In this document: positions 55,156 to 64,000 of the stretch, piece by piece | Numbering within the stretch: position 1 is the stretch's first letter | Layout: every line of letters begins with the position of its first letter | Assembly: GCA_951406725.2 (NCBI GenBank) | Contig: OX597822.1 | Location: 80,104,001-80,168,000 of the forward strand | From: Octopus vulgaris | Lineage: Eukaryota | Direction: 5' to 3' | Length of the DNA stretch: 64,000 nt | Position numbers and translations under genes: made by a program | The notes under the pieces: model-generated | What the model saw: the letters and a program-made list of their open reading frames with translations, nothing else | Database searches by the model: none | What the model was told of the DNA's origin: nothing

Positions 55156-56445
55156 AGCAAAATGTGCAGCAATTTGTTATGCGCTGAAAATTCGATTTTT
55201 AAGGAGTCTGTTTGTAATGGGTCTCTACCTTCGAAGATTTAAAAAAAAATTTAAAAAACATTATTTGCACAACACTGATGGTATACTTTCCAAATACTGT
55301 ACCCCCACCCCCCAATGCCGAATTGCATCTGGTACTCTCGCTGGCCGCTGTCGGGGCGGATTTTCACAACTCCCAGATCTTTTTACCAGAGCAAGTTCAT
55401 AAAAGATGTTATCTGAGAAGGAATACTTCAGTAACTGGCCTATAAATAGCGTGTATACATTAAGTATGATACATAGATGTCTATTTTAATTAAATTCTGC
55501 CTCAATTGCGTATACCGTATTTCTAATCAGCAGGTGGCTATTCGCAAGCATCAGTGAATGTTTCTTTATTCACTTTTTCCTAAAGGAGAGACAACGAATT
55601 CTCATTTGGTCATCAAGTTGGCTGCGAATACGCGCCGATGAAAAGGCCCTATAATGCCGAAGTGCACATAATATTCTCGCTGGTGGCTGCTGAGACATAT
55701 TCATCACTCTCCGATACTTAATGCGTTTTTAACACGACACATTCATAAGAAATATTACCCCAGGTCAAAAACCGCAGTTACTGGCTCGTTGATAGTGTAT
55801 ATACTTTATGAAAATCTAAGAGTTTTGTGGTGTACCGGTAATCAACACCTTTCAAGCTATTTGTATATCGTCCTTCAAGGTGTCTTACTTGTGATTGTAC
55901 TTTGTTTGGTGTGAGAAAAGTCCACACGACAAAAGTATTCTAAGCGAGACCGCTCTGAGTAAGAAAACAGTCAAATAATGGTATTTGGATCTTTTGCCGT
56001 AAGGAGCTCACCTTGCATTCAATGTCAACTTGTTTTCTCTCGATGGGGTTTTCTTCAGCTGTTTATAGATTCTCTGATATGTTCTGGTACGAAATTGTAT
56101 GGTTGTTTATCAACACTCAGTTACTTAAGGAAATGAACCGTATCTTTCCACGTTTATGTATCGTGTTGTGTCGCGTCCATTGAAATACAACAATTAAACC
56201 ACTTTGGTATTTTTCTTCAGTCACTTAAATTATTTCTAACATTCCTAAGCATACGAATTTTTTATCTTTCACATTTTACTTCTTTCCGCTGTGTGGGCAG
56301 AGACAAACATAAAAACTCACATACATAAACGTATTCAAACTCACACACACATGAGCATATGTTTCCATGCAGTTCGCATGGACTAAATTCACTTAGAAGA
56401 CCTTGATTGTCCTGGGGCTATAGTAAAAGATATTGGCCGAATGGG

Positions 56446-57570
56446 TGACCGGACAATTTGCCGTAAACAAATTCGCCATAGGACAACTGGCCGTAGGACT
56501 ATTCGCCGTACGACATTTTGCAGTAAAACTTAGAAACTTGAAATCGTGTCGTTAATTAAATAAGGTAGATAAAGGAACAGTATTTACAGCTACCTAGATG
56601 ATCAAATGAGAGTTCATTGTCTCTCATGTAAGAAAAAGTGAATAAAGAAACACTCACTGATGCTTGCGAATAGCCACCTACTGATTAGAAATACGGTATA
56701 CGCAATTAAGGCAGGATTTAATTAAAATAGACATCTACGTATCATACTTAATGTATACACCCTATTTATAGGCCGTTACTGCAGTATTCCTCCTCAGATA
56801 ACATCTTTTATGAACTTGCTCTGGTAAAAAAAAAAATCTGGGAGTTATGAAAATTACCTTTTCGGTAATTGCTGAAATGATAATTTAAAAAGAGAAAAGT
56901 CGTTTAAATTTGAATCTGCATCGTTAATTGCTGCAATGAGAATTTAAAAGCAAAAAGGTCGTTTAATAATTATTTAAAACTAACAAGCTTATCTTGAAAG
57001 CTCAAAAGCTAAAAGCTTGTTTTGGGAGGTTACCGCGACTGTTTACATTATTTCAATTGTTTTTCTTTAAAAGTTGAAACTTAAACGCTTGCGATGCAGT
57101 AGATGTTGCGATAAGCTCGTACCCCACTCTAACTTTATTTATAGTCATGAAAGAAAACATGGAGATAAGAGCTATTGGTTGTGTGTTGATACAAACTGTA
57201 AAACAGGAGTTCATACAAAACTGAATAGTGAAGTGATTTCTATTTGTAAAATTGTAAGGGAGTATACACATCCATCGAACCCTAGGAAACCAAAGATGCT
57301 AGAATCAATAGCAAATATGAAAGAAAATGTAACTAAATACGAGGTAGCTTCAAAAACGACATTATTTTCATGCAATTACAATGAGCTTACATGGTTTTTA
57401 GCATTTGAAAATAAAGTGTATGGCCGTTATTTTTATTTCAATTTTTTTATCCTTCTCTTCTTATGCTTTACTACAAAATGTCCTTGCGGCGAAATATCCG
57501 TACAGTGAATTTTCTAACGGGTAATAGTCCTACGGCAGAATGCCTTACGGCGAATTGTCCTGCATACGGG
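56446..57570 (+). mobile_element. Non-autonomous MULE-like DNA transposon with FLYWCH remnant, inserted into a family A SINE
   Basis: Imperfect TIRs built from 15-bp subrepeats (ggacaatttgccgta... / ...tacggcgaattgtcc); ORF 57074-57508 FIYS..SYWLCVDTNC..VHT..YTHP; SINE halves at ~56360-56445 and 57571-57635. Confidence 0.7.
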
Positions 57571-57814
57571 CCATGCAGTGGGACTGAACCTGAAAACATG
57601 TGGATGTATAGTAAACTATTTAACCACACTGTCCACGGTGATTTTATTTGTCCGCTTCAAATACATTTCTGTTGTTTATATACATCATAAAAGAAAGTCG
57701 GCCAGACATATTACTTTTGATGTCACCACTGATGACGTTTGAATAGAACGAGTGGTTTCTATTTATCATTCGTTCTATTTTTGTTTACAATACATACATA
57801 CAAACATTCAGTAT

Positions 57815-57907
<93 letters not shown>

Positions 57908-57914
57908 ACATACA

Positions 57915-58330
57915 TTGACTACCTTCAGGCCGATGGAACAAAAGTATATTGACGCAACATAAACATTAAAACAGCCACCAAGTTTAAATGCAACAGGGCA
58001 GATCTTGTTTGGAACCATAAGAAATGAAATATACTCTGTTGTGGACCTCAACCTCCCTCTCATCCCCAATGTAGTCAGAAAAATACATTTAAGGACTAAT
58101 AATAAGGAGTTTGAAATTCTAGTTCCGAACATATACTTTCAGTTTTATACATATTGTTATTGATGCAACACGCTACGTATCAATCAGTTTGGAGCCAATG
58201 ATTGGCTCAACTTAGGTTCTTGGGTTCTTATGGGGAGAATGCAACTCCTTGAGCCATGATCGCTCTAAACGATCGCAATATCTGAGATAATAAAAGTGCG
58301 CAAAACCTTCATAAAATGCAAAGGGTGACG
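57915..58330 (+). pseudogene. Decayed RLE domain of an R4/Dong/NeSL-type non-LTR element
   Basis: NINIKTATKFKCNRADLVWN resembles the (H)NRPDLV RLE motif; followed by FIHIVIDA-like segment. Confidence 0.45.
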
Positions 58331-58430
58331 AATAATAAAAGAGGAACTCTTCCACAGTTTTGCTACCAAGCAGGTGGAAAGTTGTATACACAGATTCATA
58401 CACACATATCTATATTTCATCTCTATTTAG

Positions 58431-58486
<56 letters not shown>

Positions 58487-58494
58487 AATCTTAT

Positions 58495-58610
58495 TTTTTG
58501 TTTCAGTTATCATACATCGGTCTCTTTTGCCGAATCGCTAAGTTAAGGGTCATAAACATGCCAACACCGGTTGTCAAGCGGTAGTCGGGGGAAAAAACTG
58601 ACACATACTA

Positions 58611-58668
<58 letters not shown>

Positions 58669-58780
58669 CGGGATTCTGTCAGTTTCTGTCTACCAAGTCC
58701 ACTCATGTGGTTTTAATTGGCCCGAGATTATAGTAGAAGACACTTGCCCAAGGTGCCACGTAGTGGGACTGAACCCGGCA
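58495..58780 (-). mobile_element. Partial SINE family A next to (TATC)n
   Basis: cggtctcttttgccgaatcgctaagtt...cacttgcccaaggtgccacgtagtgggactgaacccgg. Confidence 0.75.
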
Positions 58781-58821
58781 ACATACATACATACATACAT
58801 ATATGTATATGTATATATTTG

Positions 58822-59111
58822 AAAATGCAAAATTAAAGATGTTTATTCACTTGACCGGTTTCACAATTTTAGAAAAGTATTGTCAAAAGTAAAATGTAAA
58901 GCTTTGTATAAGCTTTGTTGTGTTAAGTACTGGTTGTCACAAAAGTATTAAAATGCAGTTATACATTCTTTGATAATAATAAGAGAATGTTAAAAACAGT
59001 AAACTTATACAAACAGTAAGCTTATACAAAGCTTTACATTTTACTTTTGAGAATCTTTTTCTAAAATACTGAAACCGGTCAAGTGAATGAACACCTTTAA
59101 AATTGCATTTT
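58822..59111. repeat. Inverted repeat (93-bp arms) with decayed hammerhead-like motif in each arm
   Basis: 58822-58914 vs 59019-59111; ttactt-ttga(g/c)aa...GAAACCGGTC-aagtga. Confidence 0.7.
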
Positions 59112-59166
59112 TAAACCTTCGTTCATATATATTTCCACTCGTGCGGTACCTTACAACTACACTTTG

Positions 59167-59212
<46 letters not shown>

Positions 59213-59529
59213 AAAGGGCTTAGTAAAATAAATTACTTCGCCGCATACTGAACTCATTAGAAATAGCAGCCAAAAAACTTTTTTAAAGATATTTCTAATA
59301 CTTAAAGAAAATCTCTCTCATATATAGTGTTTGCTTAATTCAACTCCCTCTAATTAATGCTTCGGATTTTACCGAAATAAGCATAGCGTTTGATGATTTT
59401 AACCCACGCTGGTGGAAAGGGGAGAACAGAAATTCTTCACTTGCTTATTTTGGGTTTGTTGGCACTGTTAGTAACGAGCGGATCTTCGAAAGGGTATGTT
59501 CTTACTTTCAGTGTTTCCAAATCCAAACC

Positions 59530-59600
59530 AAGGAATTTCTGAGCTGAAGATAGAAATGTTGTTTTGACTAATCTTGAAACGTACGTACTCAAATAACCTT
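59530..59600 (+). ncRNA. Minimal type I hammerhead ribozyme, unit 1
   Basis: tgag CTGAAGA t-aga..tct-t GAAA cgtacg TA ctca; predicted cleavage after GUA at 59587. Confidence 0.75.
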
Positions 59601-60075
59601 AGCATTTGATTTTTTGATGTCCTTACCCCCAAACTTTTGTGAGTTGAATTAAGCAAACACTATATATGAGAGAGATTTTCTTTAAGTATTAGAAATAGCT
59701 TTAAAAAAGTTTTTTGGCTGCTATTTCTAATGAGTTCAGTATGCGGCGAAGTAATTTATTTTACTAAGCCCTTTTATATAATGTAATAATTTGAATTCGC
59801 CTTAAATGGTCCCTTTGCATACTGAACACTTGGTGAAATTGATTAATAATTAATTAATTTTACCCTCAATTGTTGAAATTATAATTAATCTCCCTCTAAT
59901 TAATGCTTCGGATTTTACCGAAATAAGCATAGCGTTTGATGATTTTAACCCACGCTGGTGGAAAGGGGAGAACAGAAATTCTTCACTTGCTTATTTTGGG
60001 TTTGTTGGCACTGTTAGTAACGAGCGGATCTTCGAAAGGGTATGTTCTTACTTTCAGTGTTTCCAAATCCAAACC

Positions 60076-60146
60076 AAGGAATTTCTGAGCTGAAGATAGA
60101 AATGTTGTTTTGACTAATCTTGAAACGTACGTACTCAAATAACCTT
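60076..60146 (+). ncRNA. Minimal type I hammerhead ribozyme, unit 2
   Basis: Identical to unit 1; predicted cleavage after 60133. Confidence 0.75.
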
Positions 60147-60618
60147 AGCATTTGATTTTTGATGTCCTTCCCCCAAACTTTTGTGAGTTGAATTAAGCAA
60201 ACACTATATATGAGAGAGATTTTCTTTAAGTATTAGAAATAGCTTTAAAAAAGTTTTTTGGCTGCTATTTCTAATGAGTTCAGTATGCGGCGAAGTAATT
60301 TATTTTACTAAGCCCTTTTATATAATGTAATAATTTGAATTCGCCTTAAATGGTCCCTTTGCATACTGAACACTTGGTGAAATTGATTAATAATTAATTA
60401 ATTTTACCCTCAATTGTTGAAATTATAATTAATCTCCCTCTAATTAATGCTTCGGATTTTACCGAAATAAGCATAGCGTTTGATGATTTTAACCCACGCT
60501 GGTGGAAAGGGAGAACAGAAATTCTTCACTTGCTTATTTTGGGTTTGTTGGCACTGTTAGTAACGAGCGGATCTTCGAAAGGGTATGTTCTTACTTTCAG
60601 TGTTTCCAAATCCAAACC

Positions 60619-60689
60619 AAGGAATTTCTGAGCTGAAGATAGAAATGTTGTTTTGACTAATCTTGAAACGTACGTACTCAAATAACCTT
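60619..60689 (+). ncRNA. Minimal type I hammerhead ribozyme, unit 3
   Basis: Identical to unit 1; predicted cleavage after 60676. Confidence 0.75.
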
Positions 60690-60963
60690 AGCATTTGATT
60701 TTTGATGTCCTTACCCCCAAACTTTTGTGAGTTGAATTAAGCAAACACTATATATGAGAGAGATTTTCTTTAAGTATTAGAAATAGCTTTAAAAAAGTTT
60801 TTTGGCTGCTATTTCTAATGAGTTCAGTATGCGGCGAAGTAATTTATTTTACTAAGCCCTTTTATATAATGTAATAATTTGAATTCGCCTTAAATGGTCC
60901 CTTTGCATACTGAACACTTGGTGAAATTGATTAATAATTAATTAATTTTACCCTCAATTGTTG

Positions 60964-61032
<69 letters not shown>

Positions 61033-61100
61033 GTGTGTGTGTGTGTGTTTGTGGTGCGAATGGTTTATTTATACAGCGCCGTTTTTACAATCCTGTAAAT

Positions 61101-61348
61101 AATAATGGTATTTTTATATTACCTTAAAGATTATGGTGATCAAAGTGCAATGACTAACGAAAGTAATCTAATAAAAAGGAAATATAAAATAAAGGGGAAT
61201 ATAAGCCCTCCACAGAAAAAGAAGGCTTTCCTGTCCGCGTGGATAGGAAAGCCTGCTTTTTTCTGTCGACAACTTCCCCTTTATTAGATTATTTTCGTTA
61301 GTCATTGCGCGGTGATCGTCATAAGCTTTAAGCTTATATAAAAATACC

Positions 61349-61354
<6 letters not shown>
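61101..61354. repeat. Inverted repeat (~80-bp arms), MITE- or PLE-derived
   Basis: taatggtatttttata...gactaacgaaagtaatctaataaaagg vs ccttttattagattattttcgttagtc...tataaaaataccatta. Confidence 0.8.
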
Positions 61355-61399
<45 letters not shown>

Positions 61400-61892
61400 C
61401 TTTACAGAGCTACACCTTAATGTTTCGTAGGCGTAAAGCGCGTCGCCCCCATCAGATGAATGTCTGATGAGCCGATTTTATGGAAATATCCTACGCCCAC
61501 AAAACTGTTGGAGTCAAAATATGGAGCTGAGTCAAACTGTTAATAGGTGTAACTCCTAACTATTTATTCTACTGACTATCATTTGGTCACTCTAATATAT
61601 TTGTATATGTGCTTTTATATGTGAACGCTTATGACATATATATATGAGTGTGTGTGTTTGTATGTATATACACATAATATGAATTAAAATTCTCATTTAA
61701 ATTCTTTAAAATTCCTTTAAATTTCAACATCTTCTCTTCTCCATTTTTTAACATACTTGTTGATTCTCTAAGGGATACTTATCCATAAATTCTCATAACA
61801 CACAATATTCATATAATATATTTCTTTGTTTAGTAGTCGTATTACATATAAACAAATGTGTGTGTGTCTATGTATATATGTATATACATATA

Positions 61893-61924
<32 letters not shown>

Positions 61925-62301
61925 AGTATACGTATTATATTTAAATATGTGTATATGTAGAGAGAGAGGGAGGGAGAGGCAGACAGTGAGGGGGAGGGAG
62001 GAAGAGATATGTAGATAGGAAGGTACAGTTCACTGTATTTATTGTTATATGTATGTTTCGTATATACGCGTATGTGCGTACATATCAGTGATCGCAACAG
62101 AGGCATGTATAAATTAGTCGACGAATAAGGGTTGTACTTTATGTTTTCTTTCTAAATCCATGATCCAGAGACGCCAACCTCAATATTCATAACAAAAACT
62201 ACATGAAAAAGCAAAAGAACAAGAGAGAAAGACGCGAATCACATTATCACCCATCCTCTCTCTCTAACGCGCACACACACGCACAAACACATTTACACGC
62301 A

Positions 62302-62339
<38 letters not shown>

Positions 62340-62594
62340 CAAACTCATGCATACATATGCTGCGATGCAAGCACACACACACACAGACACATGCACACAC
62401 ACACACACATACACACATATATATACAGGCAAACTTATGCACATATACATATGCTGTGATGCAAGCACACGCATACACACACGCTCACACACATACACTT
62501 GCAAACTTGTACAAACACACGCATACACCTGTAGACACACACACACACACACCTGCACATTCATACACTTATATACATATCTCTTTCTCTCTTT

Positions 62595-62977
62595 CTCTTT
62601 TACTTGTTTCAGTCATTTGACTGCGGCCATGCTGGAGCACCGCCTTTAGTCGAGCAAATCGACCCTGGGAATTATTCTTCGTAAGCCCAGTACTTATTCT
62701 ATCGGTCTCTTTTTGCCGAACCGCTAATTGACGGGGACGTAAACACACCAGCATCGGTTGTCAAGCAATGCTAGCGGGACATATACACACACATGCATAT
62801 ATATATATATATATACATATATACGACGGGCTTCTTTCAGTTTCCGTCTACCAAATCCAGTGGGTCGGCCCGGGGCTATAGAAGAAGACACTTGCCCAAG
62901 ATACCACGCAGTGGGACTGAACCCGGAACCATGTGGTTGGTTAGCAAGCTACTTACCACACAGCCACTCCTGCGCCT
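62595..62977 (-). mobile_element. Near full-length SINE family A
   Basis: Matches 7755-8148 and 50712-51119, with a small internal deletion. Confidence 0.88.
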
Positions 62978-63782
62978 ATATATGTGTATATGCAAATGTT
63001 TATAAACTCATATGCAAGCATACACATACATACATGCACGCATACGCACAAACACAGATATATGTGCAAACTTATACAAACACATACACGCGCATACTCA
63101 CCTATACACATATAGCCAACTACCTTACCGCACATATACACATATACACTTATGCAAACTAATATGAAGTCATACACACGCATAGACACTTTGGACACAC
63201 ACACACGCGCATGACCTTTGTTCAACCAGACAGACAAGGTAGTCAATGCTTTCAAGCTCGCCCACCTTACATATCCAGTCAAGCAACTGCGTAGCCATCG
63301 TCGAACCAGACGACTTATGAACCCACCAGCTAACCAGCCAACCAGGCAGGTAGCAAGCGGAATGATTAAGCAATCACTTGATTGTGCAGCCGACACCTTT
63401 TCTTCCTTTGTCCTCGTATTTTATGGGCCAACCACTCAAACCACCATCCAAACCGTAATCTAATAAAAAGGAAATATAAAATGACACCCGGAGGTCCGTA
63501 TAAGATTTTGCAATTAGAAAATATCAGCAATGAATTGGTAATATTTCTACAAATCGCAAAATATTTTAATTTTTCATACAATCACTAATAATATTTGATT
63601 AAAAAGTGTAACAAGGTTGTTTTTTTTTTGTTATTTTCATTAGAAATCAATTGGTAAAACAAAAAAAAAAAAAGTGTCGAGGATCACTGCTCTACATTGT
63701 CTGTCAATATGCGATAAATTGTAACTGAATCTTCCTATTATTTATTTAGAAAACAAGGTGCTTTTCTGTGTATGTGTGAGCC

Positions 63783-63784
<2 letters not shown>

Positions 63785-63840
<56 letters not shown>

Positions 63841-64000
63841 TACATACATACATACATACATACATACATACATACAATAATGAGGCTATATATATATATA
63901 TATATATATAATAATGAGGCTATATATATATGTATATATATATATATAATAATGAGGCTATATATATATATGTATAATAATGAGGCTATATATATATATG
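63785..64000. repeat. (CA)n/(TACA)n and a taatgaggc(ta)n minisatellite
   Basis: aataatgaggctatata repeated four times up to the window end. Confidence 0.9.

Larger units (their letters stand above)
59205..60970 (+). mobile_element. Retrozyme-like tandem array: 3 x ~545-bp non-coding units plus 5' inverted partial copy, inserted in (TA)n
   Basis: Units start at 59344, 59890, 60434 and differ only by a few 1-bp indels; 59205-59346 is the reverse complement of 59641-59782; one HHR per unit. Confidence 0.85.

Overview
Eukaryotic, AT-rich, repeat-saturated DNA with no recognisable host protein-coding gene. The microsatellite density and SINE types suggest a coleoid cephalopod (octopus-like) genome; this is inference, not a database result. 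Main contents: (i) three tandem copies of a young CR1/L2-group LINE (27.3-44.1 kb) separated by kilobase (TA)n tracts, the middle copy being a recombinant of the outer two, with a 3' double hairpin shared with the most abundant tRNA-SINE; (ii) a decayed Tx1/L1-clade LINE (22.3-26.6 kb, minus) and a related 1.2-kb ORF1-only derivative with a 27-bp TSD (9.3-10.5 kb); (iii) a decayed R2 element still joined to ~60 bp of its 28S rDNA target, outside rDNA; (iv) Penelope-like element (PLE) fragments and several minimal type I hammerhead ribozyme (HHR) motifs, including a near-identical 3 x ~545-bp non-coding tandem array with one HHR per unit and a 5' inversion (retrozyme-like, 59.2-61.0 kb) and a tRNA-headed HHR-bearing element; (v) a FLYWCH/MULE-type element sharing an inverted 220-bp segment with neighbouring DNA, mariner, RTE, Helitron-like and RLE-LINE remnants, and a 152-bp satellite. 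Most ORFs in the track (IYIY, THTH, CVCV) are microsatellite artefacts. Coordinates were read by eye; boundaries of old repeats are approximate.
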